64,000 nucleotides of DNA, taken from IMG/VR virus record IMGVR_UViG_3300023259_000001, positions 1-64,000 of that record; one strand, 5' to 3'. The translations under genes were made by a program, and so were the position numbers. The notes under the pieces are model-generated. The model was not told the origin of the DNA, searched no databases, and saw only the letters and a program-made list of their open reading frames with translations. Origin of the DNA: a virus (lineage: Duplodnaviria; Caudoviricetes). This document shows, piece by piece, positions 28,153 through 37,122 of the stretch; the first letter of the stretch is position 1, and the number at the start of each line of letters is the position of its first letter.

Positions 28153-28869
28153 TTACGAGCAGGGCACCAACTGCTGAGGCGTGTAATCCTCGGCGGCGAT
28201 GCAAGAGTCGATATCGGAGCCCCACATGCCCCAAGTGTCGCTCGCGGCCGCATAGGCTACCGCGTAATTCTTGAGACCAGTCATCCACGTTGGCGGCGAA
28301 TTGAACAGGCTCGCCGAAACCGTGGCGTTGCCGGATGTACACGAGCCGCTCACTTCAAATCCCACGGGGCCAACGGTCACCTTTCCCGCAACGTACATAT
28401 TGGGCTGCGGGCTGCACGCTCCCACCCCTGCGCACGACATGAAATTGAGCGGGTACGGCAACTTCTGGTAGCATTGCGCGCCGGTGAGCCACGCGGGCTC
28501 ATTGCTGCCTTCCTTGGGCCGCCGAGCGCTCCGGCTCTCGTGCGCTACTAACGGACACTCCGACTGCTGGGTCTCCGGAAAATAGCGGGGAGCGACTAGC
28601 CCGACCGCAACAATAAACGCATCCAGCGCGGGGGCGCGGCGAAACCATTCGCCATCCTGTCGGAGGTCGGCGAATTTGTCGTGCAGCCATGCTTCCGTTT
28701 GGTGACTTCCAGGCATGCAGCCGAGTAGTCGGAAACCAAAGTTCGCCGGGCGTAGCGTCCCAAGCTGGGAAAGCCTGCTAAACACCCGCGCCGAGTACCC
28801 AATCTTCACGTACTGGCCGTCCTGCGTTTCAATGAAGTAGACAAAGCCTTTCGCTTTTTTCCCTTCCAC
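28153..28869 (-). CDS. T5orf172 (GIY-YIG-like) domain fused to a Cys-containing beta domain
   Basis: GFVYFIE..YVKIGYS..RLSQL..EAWLHDKFADLRQDGEWF; GTG start 28869 inferred. Confidence 0.7.
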   Translation of the reverse strand: MEGKKAKGFVYFIETQDGQYVKIGYSARVFSRLSQLGTLRPANFGFRLLGCMPGSHQTEAWLHDKFADLRQDGEWFRRAPALDAFIVAVGLVAPRYFPETQQSECPLVAHESRSARRPKEGSNEPAWLTGAQCYQKLPYPLNFMSCAGVGACSPQPNMYVAGKVTVGPVGFEVSGSCTSGNATVSASLFNSPPTWMTGLKNYAVAYAAASDTWGMWGSDIDSCIAAEDYTPQQLVPCS

Positions 28870-28997
28870 CGGGATTTGCCGCCCAAGGACTGAATCCGGC
28901 GCTTGTCCTCGACCGTCATCGTGGCGAAGCCCTTCGGGACTTTGGCCTTTCCGCCCTTCCGGCCCATCTGGGCCGCCGCTTCGTTCAATGTTGCCAT
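28806..28997 (-). CDS. Small basic KGG-repeat protein
   Basis: AAAQMGRKGGKAK...RIQSLGGKSRW. Confidence 0.7.
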   Translation of the reverse strand: MATLNEAAAQMGRKGGKAKVPKGFATMTVEDKRRIQSLGGKSRWKGKKRKALSTSLKRRTAST

Positions 28998-29047
28998 ATT
29001 CGTTTGCCATAGGGATCTTAGCAGCAATCGTTTTTTCTTGCAACTAC

Positions 29048-29088
29048 CTATTGACAAGCGTAACAGTAATCGTTTATTCTGTCAATAG
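29048..29088. promoter_or_regulatory. Overlapping divergent promoters formed by the inverted repeat CTATTGACA-N23-TGTCAATAG
   Basis: Plus: TTGACA-N18-TATTCT; minus: TTGACA-N17-TACGCT; AT-rich intergenic region. Confidence 0.65.
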
Positions 29089-29145
29089 CAGTAAACGACA
29101 ACAGAACAAATAAGCCGCGAGGCTCTAAAGCGCGAAAGGAATAAC

Positions 29146-30278
29146 ATGAGCTATTACAGCGTATGCCCTGACCCCTCCGCGTTCTCGGATGGTTGGGATG
29201 ACGAACCAGAACCCGACGAAGAAAGTGGTGCCCGCGAAACGCTGCCCGACGAATACGGCCCCGACCCCGAACTCGCCGCCCACTGGGACGAAGCGGACGA
29301 AGGCGACATGCGGTACGACCTGGCTGAGGAAGCCCGGCTGTTCCCGCCCGAGTACATTACTATACCGGCCCTGCACCGCATCGAGTTGCGCGTGGCCCGG
29401 CTGAACGTGCCGGAGCTGGCGCGCATTGAAGAGGTGGCGTGATGGCGAACGACAGGCAATCCGCGGAAAAGCAGGCTGCGGTATGGAACGCGCTATTCCC
29501 TATCGGCGTCGCGGTCGTCGTTAAACTGCCTGCGCAGCCTGGGGAAATCGAACGCCGCAGCATTTCGGCGCACACCGCCTCTATGGCATCGGTCAAGCCG
29601 CTGGCCGTACACGGCGATTACTGGATCGCTGTAGTCGCGTTAGATTGCGGCATCGAATCGGGGCTCAACAGCGTGACGGTGCCCCAGAGTCAGGAGGTGG
29701 CGTGATGCACCTTTGGCGACGGATAGCATGGACGTGGTTCTGTATGTGGAACCGCCGGGATGGAGAGGACGCGCTGGATGCCGCCGGGTCGGCGCTTCTG
29801 GTCGGCGTCGCAATCGCCTGCACGCTGGGCGCCGCAGCTCTGGTGATCGGAGGTGTCCGGTGAACGAATACACCGATACCGAGCGCCTGGACTGGCTCCT
29901 GAAAAGGGTCCTCGAAGGCACCCTCGACCTAGATCACGACGGCGAGACGGGGCGCTGGTACTTTCAATCCGCCGCGTGGGACACAGACTATCCAAGCGCG
30001 CGCGCGGCAATCGATGCGGAGATGGACTTCGAGCGGTCCTCCTCCGACAATTCGCTGATTGGAGGTGTCCGGTGATGGCGAGGGAATGGTGCCCTTGTTC
30101 TGGTGGCCACTGCCGCGCGCAAAGTGGCGACAAGGAAGTTACTTGCACGCTCTACGATCACGACACCGGGGAGATCCTCGGTGTCCAACCAATGACCAAA
30201 GCGCAGCGGGTGAAGGCAAATATCCTGCTGGCTAAGAATAACGATCCGATGTGCTGGATCGAAGGAGAGGTTGAGTAA
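29146..30278 (+). CDS. Five small early hypotheticals: 29146-29442, 29442-29705, 29705-29863, 29860-30075, 30075-30278
   Basis: TGATG/GTGA-coupled with repeated GGAGGT junctions. Confidence 0.6.
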
Positions 30279-30280
30279 TT

Positions 30281-31264
30281 ATGGGCGACATCATTAAATT
30301 CCAACTCAATGTGCCGGTCGAGGTTCCCGGCTTACGCCTGTTGAATGGAAACTTCGGCAAGCTGGTGGACTCGCCGAAGTTCAAGAAGGGCGATGGCGTT
30401 ACGCCACAGCAGCAGTACCAATTCTCCACCGTCAACGATTGCGTGTTCTGGGTGCCTGACTTTGCCGGCATGCAGATTCACGATCAACTAGCCAAGCTGG
30501 GAGTGCATGAAGGGGATCCCATTAAGGTCACCAAGGCCGAGATCCCGCAGCCGGGCAAGAAGCCGATCACGCGCTGGCTGGTGGAGCGGATCGGGCCAGC
30601 GCCCAGCGCCCAGGCTCCCGCCCCGAGCAGCAATGGCAACAGCTATCACCCGCCGGCCGTTGCCCGCAAGGTCTCCTACGGGGTGTTCCTGCGCGAGGCG
30701 ATCAGGGAAACCGTGGCCGCGTTGAAGGAAAACGGAGAGCAATGGTCGGATGCGTCGAAACAGGGGATGGTATCGACGCTCCTGATTCAGGCCGGCCGCG
30801 ACGGCATCATCTCCTGGAACCTGGAAAACGGCAATAAGCCCGATGCGCCTATCGCTGTTTCCGCCGAGCCATCGCCCCTGGAGAAGCAGCTCGCCGCATC
30901 AATCGCTCTCCAAAAGCAAAAAGCGCAGCAACCGGCCCAACTGACAGGCGAACCGGCTGCTGCGCTTCAAGATGCACAGACTTCCCAAACTTCTTCTACT
31001 TCTTCGCAGTCTACCACGAAGCCCTGGCGCACCTTTGGCGAGATGGTCCGGTGCTTCGAGGGCCTGAAATCCCAGATCCCCTGGCCAATCTATTACGACG
31101 TGCTCAAGCACTTCGGCGCCGAGCACGCGAACCAGTTCGAGAACGCCAAGGCGGCATGGGCATGTTACCAGCGCCTGGATCAGCGCGTACGTGAACACCT
31201 GCACAAGGCGCAAGACCCGACGACGTTTGAGCACTTCGAAGCGGTGGAAGGAGACTGGCAATGA
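30281..31264 (+). CDS. Hypothetical multidomain protein, possibly recombination/ssDNA-related
   Basis: 327-aa ORF directly upstream of the Gp157-like gene. Confidence 0.55.
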   Translation: MGDIIKFQLNVPVEVPGLRLLNGNFGKLVDSPKFKKGDGVTPQQQYQFSTVNDCVFWVPDFAGMQIHDQLAKLGVHEGDPIKVTKAEIPQPGKKPITRWLVERIGPAPSAQAPAPSSNGNSYHPPAVARKVSYGVFLREAIRETVAALKENGEQWSDASKQGMVSTLLIQAGRDGIISWNLENGNKPDAPIAVSAEPSPLEKQLAASIALQKQKAQQPAQLTGEPAAALQDAQTSQTSSTSSQSTTKPWRTFGEMVRCFEGLKSQIPWPIYYDVLKHFGAEHANQFENAKAAWACYQRLDQRVREHLHKAQDPTTFEHFEAVEGDWQ

Positions 31265-31887
31265 GCGCCCTGGCTCTGGTTGAACCCCGGGAGGCTACGG
31301 CCTCCCTTTCGTTGTTCGAGTTGTCTGAGGAGTTAGTCTGTCTCTTAGACACCCGCGACATGGTGGAGGCTGGCTCCGCCGACCAAGCCGAGCTGGATGC
31401 GCAGATTCAGGCGTTCCAGGACGCACTGCCGCGCAAGGTCGATAACGTCTGCCGCATGATTTCGCACATGGAATCTCAAGCCGCCGCGGCGAAACTCGAA
31501 GCCGCCCGGCTCTCGCAACGCCAGAAGCAGTTCGAGGCTCGGGCCGCTTCGCTCGAAGGTTACTGCGTCCGGGTGCTGGAGGCGTTGCCGGCGCCGAAGA
31601 AAGGCCCGCGCAAGCTGGAGGGAGAGTTCAACACCTTGGCGCTTTCGACGTCGGAACGCTGCAAGGTCGAGGACCCGCTGCTGGTGCCGATCGAATACAA
31701 GACCGCCGCGGCAAAGATGCCGGCCGAGTTGTGGCAGCAGATCGTCGAGACGCTGTGGCCGGAAACGCTGGCGCAGATCACCGTCGATGTGTCTGTCCGG
31801 CTGGCCGACGTCAAGAAGGCGCTCAAGGCAGGCGTCGAAATAGAAGGCGCCGATATCGAGTACCCGAAAGGCGTGCGGAGATCATGA
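31261..31887 (+). CDS. Siphovirus Gp157-family protein
   Basis: SLFEL..., KVDNV, coiled coil, DVKKALKAGVEIEGA. Confidence 0.85.
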   Translation: MSALALVEPREATASLSLFELSEELVCLLDTRDMVEAGSADQAELDAQIQAFQDALPRKVDNVCRMISHMESQAAAAKLEAARLSQRQKQFEARAASLEGYCVRVLEALPAPKKGPRKLEGEFNTLALSTSERCKVEDPLLVPIEYKTAAAKMPAELWQQIVETLWPETLAQITVDVSVRLADVKKALKAGVEIEGADIEYPKGVRRS

Positions 31888-32781
31888 GCCAGAAATCAAA
31901 GCAGTATTACCAATGGCAGCAAGCCCTGGTGCGCGATGCGGAACTCTGCAACCGCCCAGGCTGCGGCCACAAGCGCTCCTGGCACCTCGGCGACAAGAAC
32001 TGCACCGCACGGCAGATCAACCAGTGCGAATGCCCAGCGTTTGTTCCGGCGCCACCCGAGCCAGCGAGGGCCGCATGAAGCGAACGACGATCCAATGGCT
32101 CTCTCGAATCTTCCTGCGGCCGCCGGTATGCTCCCATTGCGGGCTGCCGGCGACACCGCTCACAGCCGGCCTGTGCTGGGGCTGTGCCGACCTGCTGGCG
32201 CGGCGCGCGGCCATCGACGCCAAATGCCCGTGCGGCAACCCCGCCGACGCCATGATCTCGCATCACCCGGTATGCCGGGGGTGCGTGCAGGCGCTCAACC
32301 GCACGGTCGGCGCGCTGCGCTTGCGCGGCCTCACCACGCGGCAGATTATCCGGTACTTGGTCGAGGCTGGGAGGGATGCGGAGGCGGAGATCCTACTGAA
32401 GAAGTATGAAGAGGAGCCAAACCGATGCCGATAGTTGATGCACTTACGCCTTCCCAGATCGAATTCCTGGCCCGCGAGCTGCTGCGGTTGCAAAAAGGCT
32501 ACATATGGGCCAAGACCGCCGCTGAAGTTCCCGAGGCCTGCGGCAGCTACATCCTGTATCAACGACTTCGGCCCGGCGGCGGAGGTGTCTGCCACTGCCT
32601 CCGCAAAGCCTTCCCCGGCCAGCCTGGAGCAATGTGGGGCATCGAAACAGACCAGATCTTTCTTTACAGGCTGGATGACGATGGCAGCGTGGTGCGATGG
32701 CTGGATCACGGGCCAGAGCCAGAACCGGACGAAGAGGAAGACGTCCCCGGATTTTGCACTAAATGCGGAGCGCCATCATGA
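31884..32781 (+). CDS. Three Cys-rich hypotheticals: 31884-32078, 32075-32434, 32425-32781
   Basis: Multiple CxxC motifs. Confidence 0.55.
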
Positions 32782-33242
32782 AAGCTCTAACCCTCACCCA
32801 ACCTTGGGCCACGCTGGTAGCCATCGGTGCCAAGAAAATTGAGACGCGAAGCTGGTACACGCACTATCGCGGCCCGCTGGCCATCCATGCAGCCAAGGGA
32901 TTTCCGAAGTGGGCGCGCGATTTCACGCTTGAGCCTGCCTGCTATCACGCAATGGAGATACTCGGGTACAAAACGCGCCGCTGGTTCCCACGCTATCCGC
33001 TCGGGGCCGTGATCGCCACATGCACACTCGTGGACTGCGTGCGGATGGTCGAGCCGCCAGTCCCGCGTTTGCCAATCAGCATCGGGCGGTATGACGACAG
33101 GCTGATCGACCACCCCGTGGAGTTGGACTTCGGCGACTATTCTCCGGGGCGATTTGCCTGGATTCTCAAAGGGGTGGAATGCTTTGAAAATCCGATACCA
33201 GCGACTGGCGCGCTGGGCCTCTGGGAGTGGACGCGGCCATGA
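32778..33242 (+). CDS. ASCH-domain protein
   Basis: KALTLTQPWATLVAIGAKKIETRSW..YRGPLAIHA; GALGLWEW. Confidence 0.9.
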   Translation: MKALTLTQPWATLVAIGAKKIETRSWYTHYRGPLAIHAAKGFPKWARDFTLEPACYHAMEILGYKTRRWFPRYPLGAVIATCTLVDCVRMVEPPVPRLPISIGRYDDRLIDHPVELDFGDYSPGRFAWILKGVECFENPIPATGALGLWEWTRP

Positions 33243-33622
33243 TCCTATCCACTCACCAACTCACCCGCTGGCTCATGCGGGAAGTCCACGGGGCAGGTAT
33301 CCCCAGGAAAGCACCAAGGAAGGCGCTGAGCGGGCCTGTGCGATCTTGGCGCTATCGCCAGTGGATCAGGAGCCTGCCTTGCGCTGCCTGTGGGCTGGAG
33401 CCGGCTGGGGAAGCGGCGCATACCGGATCTGACGGCGGAATGCGCCAGAAGGCATCGGACTTCTCGGTGATTCCGCTATGCCCGGATTGTCATCGATTCG
33501 GAGCTGGAGCTTATCACGCGATCGGCCGGCGTCAGTTTGAACGGCGGCGCTCGATCGACATTGACGCCCTGGTGCGCAGGCTGAATGATCTGTGGTGGAA
33601 GGGAAGGAAGGTAGCAGCATGA
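33239..33622 (+). CDS. DUF968-like putative HNH nuclease
   Basis: YRQWIRSLPCAACG..AAH..KASDFSVIPLCPDCH. Confidence 0.75.
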   Translation: MILSTHQLTRWLMREVHGAGIPRKAPRKALSGPVRSWRYRQWIRSLPCAACGLEPAGEAAHTGSDGGMRQKASDFSVIPLCPDCHRFGAGAYHAIGRRQFERRRSIDIDALVRRLNDLWWKGRKVAA

Positions 33623-35017
33623 AAAACGCGGTACGGATTACGGTGCGCCAGGGGAAGATCAAGCGGCGGTTTGTGGTGACGAAGGCGCCCTTCCCGGATG
33701 TTGGAGATATTTGCGACTTGCCTGGAAGCCCCGGATGGGAAGTGGTCAGCACAAAGACCACCTCGGCGTTTTCTATTAAGTTCCCAGCAGTAAAGACAAA
33801 GAGGTTGGCATGACGCCCCGCCAGTTGGAAATTCTCCAGCACAGTTTGGGCGTGGACAAATACGGCCAGGGCGAGATATATCGCAACCACTTCTGCGCAG
33901 GCGGAAAGGATGAGGAGACTTGCCGGGAATTGGTGGCACTTGGGTTCATGTGGGAATGGCACAAGAGCTACCAGGAAATGTTCCCGTACTATAACTGCTC
34001 GGTTACGGAAGCCGGTAAAGCGGCGATGCTGGCTGAGAGTCCGAAGCCTCCCAAGCTGTCACGCTCCCAGAAGCGATACCGCGAATTTCTGAACGCCGAT
34101 CTGGGGATATCGTTCCGTGAATATCTGAAGGCGCTCGACGATGTAAGGCGGCGATCATGAGTCTCTTCAACGGCATCTACTACACCCGCGCCGGCAGCCG
34201 GCTGGAAGTGTCTGGCAAGCATGGAGGGCGATTCAGCCTGGAATTCGATTGGATGGAAGAGCCGGGGGCTTGCATCGACTGCGTGCCCGATCCCGAGCCG
34301 GAAGAGTTCGGGCCGGAGGACTTCAGGATCGTTTGGCGCTGCGCTCTCCATTCCTCGGGGAATGCTCAACTGTTGCCTCGGGGAATGCCCCCCAGTTTCG
34401 GAAGGGAGTCCCAGTGAACCACAGCAACGTAGAAGCCGCCCTAACGCTGCTTCGCAATCACCTGGCAGCCGGGCATCCGCTAGTACTATCCACAACTCAG
34501 CTTGTGCTGAGAGGGCATGTATTCCAGGGGTTCTATTCAGTGTCGGACGTGGAAAGGCATTCGGTAGCGTACATCGAGCAGCCGGTGCGGGTGGTGCGGT
34601 GCCTGAGTTTCGAGGACGCGCTACCGCATTTGATCGATTCCTGGACCTGGGAAGACGGGCCAGGGAGATATTTATTCTATGAAATGGAGAGTGACTGAAA
34701 TGAAGGTAACGAAGTGGGTGGAATTCTCGCAGGAAGTCGAGATCTCCCTGGGCGTGGAGGATATTAGCTCGCTGCTCAGCGAGTCGCTAATCTCCGAGCG
34801 TCAGGAGACCATTCAAGGGGTGCTGTACGCGCTGAATAGTATCGCGACGTTTCTTCGCGCCATTGGGGACAAGCAGATCGCCGCGATGCATCCGATCCAC
34901 CGGCGGACCGTCGCGACTTTTCTAGCGCAACAGTCAGGGCGCTTTCAAAATCCGGAACCAGCCGGGGACGCGGCGGCGGCCACGGCGGCACCAAACAATG
35001 AAGATTTGAAAGGTTGA
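33619..35017 (+). CDS. Five hypotheticals: 33619-33813, 33810-34160, 34157-34417, 34414-34698, 34700-35017
   Basis: Coupled ORFs. Confidence 0.6.
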
Positions 35018-35020
35018 ACC

Positions 35021-35245
35021 ATGACACTCTCACGGCTTGTAACCTACTACTACCACGACAGAATGATGTTACCCAAGCTGCCCATGAGATTCTTTGGATG
35101 CAGGCACAAACGTACGACTTGGCCCCAGAGGCCCCGCGCCAAGGGGCCGGCACAGTCCTCGGGCGGGGAAGTGGTAATGTGTTCGGATTGCGGCCGGAGA
35201 TTCAATTACGACTGGGAAAAGATGCAGATGGGGGAAGAGATATGA
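35021..35245 (+). CDS. Small Zn-ribbon protein of a type recalled from Acidobacteriota genomes
   Basis: FFGCRHKRTTWP..VMCSDCGRRFNYDWEKM. Confidence 0.6.
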   Translation: MTLSRLVTYYYHDRMMLPKLPMRFFGCRHKRTTWPQRPRAKGPAQSSGGEVVMCSDCGRRFNYDWEKMQMGEEI

Positions 35246-36765
35246 GTACTTCAATTGAATGGACGGATGTTACGTGGAATCCGACGCGGGGGTGTTCGAG
35301 GGTGAGTGAGGGGTGTAGAAACTGCTACGCGGAGCGAATAGCTGCGCGCTTCAGCGGCTCATGGAAAGGCGAGCAGGCACTGCGGTTCGAGCCGGGTCCG
35401 TTTGGCTCATTCGCGGTGAGGACCGATTCAGGCCCGCGATGGACCGGCCACGTTGAACTGATCGAAGACAAGCTGCAGGAGCCGCTGCACTGGAAGCGGC
35501 CCCGGCGCGTCTTCGTCAACTCGATGAGCGACCTATTTCATGAGTCACTGCCGTTTGAGGATGTTGCCCTGGTCTACGCCGTGATGTACAGCGCCCACGG
35601 CGAGCACCACACGTATCAAATTCTGACAAAGCGTCCCGCAAGACGGCTTGCGTTCTTCGCGTGGCTGGCGAAAGAGTCGCATCGGCACCATTGTTCGATA
35701 CCGGATCTGCTGTCTCACGAATTCGCCGCAACGCTGCCACCGGCCGCTTACTTCTCGGACTGGCCGCATCCACATATCTGGGAAGGAGTCAGCGTCGAAG
35801 ACCAATTCACCGCGGCCGCCCGCATTTCCCTGCTGCTTCAGACGCCAGCAGCACTGCGGTTTGTGTCGTATGAGCCGGCGCTGGGCCCGGTGAACTTTAG
35901 CCGACATTTTGGAGAAGGCAATGAGGCCAACGCAAAACGAGGAAGTGGTGTACCAAGCGGTCGTGGACGAGGAGCTCAGGATCGACGGCCAAGGCAGGAT
36001 ATGGAGGGTGTCGGCGCGTCGGGGGAACCGATGGGCCAACACGACGAGCTTAATCCGCTGTCATCCGCGGCGTGCGGAAGTCAAGGTAACCAACGGATAC
36101 CTCCAGGTCAGGGTTATGTGGAACAACAAACGGGTGGCCGCGCTAGCGCACCGTCTCGTGTGGCTGCACTTTTACGGACCAATCCCTCCGGATTTGACGG
36201 TGAACCACAGGAACGGCAAGACGAACGACAACGATCCAGGGAACCTCGAACTGGCGACGTACTCGTACCAGGTCATTCACTCGTGGCGGGTATTGAAACG
36301 GAGGTGGCAAAGCGGAGAGACGAATCATCGGGCGACGCTTACGGAATCGGCGGTCCTGGAGATTCGCCGCAGGAGGCTTGCCGGCGAGAAACTCAAGTCG
36401 ATAGCCACTACGTTCGCGGTGTCGGATCGGGAAATATCGAAAGTGGCCAGGAGAGATCGTTGGGCATTTCTTGGGTGATCTGCGGCGGCGAATCAGGCCC
36501 CGGCGCCCGCCCGTTCGATCTGGCCTGGGCGCGCAACGCACGCGATCAATGCGCGGCGGCCGGAACGGCGTTCTTTATGAAGCAAGTGGGAGCGCACCCC
36601 ATTCTGTCAGTGACCGATCTCCATAAATTGCTGGCCGAGTTGCCGGATACCGACAGAACGCTGGAGGATAACTGCTACCGCCTGAAGCTCCGCGACCGCA
36701 AAGGCGGATCAATGGAAGAATGGCCAGAGGATATCCGCGTGCGCCAGTTCCCGGAGGCGCGCTGA
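35242..36765 (+). CDS. DUF5131 (Gp37/Gp68) radical-SAM-like protein with an insertion of about 185 aa
   Basis: SIEWTDVTWNPTRGCSRVSEGCRNCYAE, FVNSMSDLFH, LTKRP, SYEPALGP, WVICGGESGPGARP, FFMKQ. Confidence 0.9.
   Translation: MSTSIEWTDVTWNPTRGCSRVSEGCRNCYAERIAARFSGSWKGEQALRFEPGPFGSFAVRTDSGPRWTGHVELIEDKLQEPLHWKRPRRVFVNSMSDLFHESLPFEDVALVYAVMYSAHGEHHTYQILTKRPARRLAFFAWLAKESHRHHCSIPDLLSHEFAATLPPAAYFSDWPHPHIWEGVSVEDQFTAAARISLLLQTPAALRFVSYEPALGPVNFSRHFGEGNEANAKRGSGVPSGRGRGAQDRRPRQDMEGVGASGEPMGQHDELNPLSSAACGSQGNQRIPPGQGYVEQQTGGRASAPSRVAALLRTNPSGFDGEPQERQDERQRSREPRTGDVLVPGHSLVAGIETEVAKRRDESSGDAYGIGGPGDSPQEACRRETQVDSHYVRGVGSGNIESGQERSLGISWVICGGESGPGARPFDLAWARNARDQCAAAGTAFFMKQVGAHPILSVTDLHKLLAELPDTDRTLEDNCYRLKLRDRKGGSMEEWPEDIRVRQFPEAR
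35921..36478 (+). CDS. HNH homing endonuclease nested in the +1 frame inside DUF5131
   Basis: SD GGAG; AHRLVWLHFYGPIPPDLTVNHRNGKTNDNDPGNLE; C-terminal HTH. Confidence 0.85.
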   Translation: MRPTQNEEVVYQAVVDEELRIDGQGRIWRVSARRGNRWANTTSLIRCHPRRAEVKVTNGYLQVRVMWNNKRVAALAHRLVWLHFYGPIPPDLTVNHRNGKTNDNDPGNLELATYSYQVIHSWRVLKRRWQSGETNHRATLTESAVLEIRRRRLAGEKLKSIATTFAVSDREISKVARRDRWAFLG

Positions 36766-36956
36766 TGCCAATAGCGTATCTCGCCGATGAACCAGCGATT
36801 GCGCACGAGTGTATCCGCTGCCACGTGGCGTTTCGTTCGAAATGCCGCAACGTGAAGCGCTGCCCAACCTGCCGCAAGTTGAGGAAGGTCGAGGCGCAGG
36901 TGCCCTACTGTGAACGCAAGGCGCGCAGGGATAGACGGGGAATGGGAGTAAGGTAA
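36765..36956 (+). CDS. Small Zn-finger protein
   Basis: CIRC..CPTC. Confidence 0.55.
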   Translation: MPIAYLADEPAIAHECIRCHVAFRSKCRNVKRCPTCRKLRKVEAQVPYCERKARRDRRGMGVR

Positions 36957-36976
36957 AAGGTCTGTACAGACCTTTT
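36955..36976. repeat. 22-bp perfect palindrome identical to 11779-11800
   Basis: aaaaggtctgtacagacctttt overlapping the last early stop codon. Confidence 0.95.
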
Positions 36977-37011
36977 GTGCTTAGGCTCGCCGTGTTTGGT
37001 GGCGAAAGGTG

Positions 37012-37041
37012 AGGATAGCGGGTTGCTGAGGGGAATGTCAA
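37012..37041 (-). promoter_or_regulatory. Putative leftward promoter TTGACA-N18-TATCCT
   Basis: tgtcaa at 37036-37041, aggata at 37012-37017. Confidence 0.4.
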
Positions 37042-37058
37042 GTAGCAGGATAAAGATT

Positions 37059-37110
37059 ATTGTTTGGTGCCGCGCCCGTCGCATCCGCGCCGGATCGCTG
37101 GATCCAGATT
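37059..37110 (+). repeat. 52-bp inverted repeat, left copy (partner 53616-53667)
   Basis: attgtttggtgccgcgcccgtcgcatccgcgccggatcgctggatccagatt; 50/52 identical to the reverse complement of 53616-53667. Confidence 0.95.
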
Positions 37111-37122
37111 GAGCGGCTCCGG

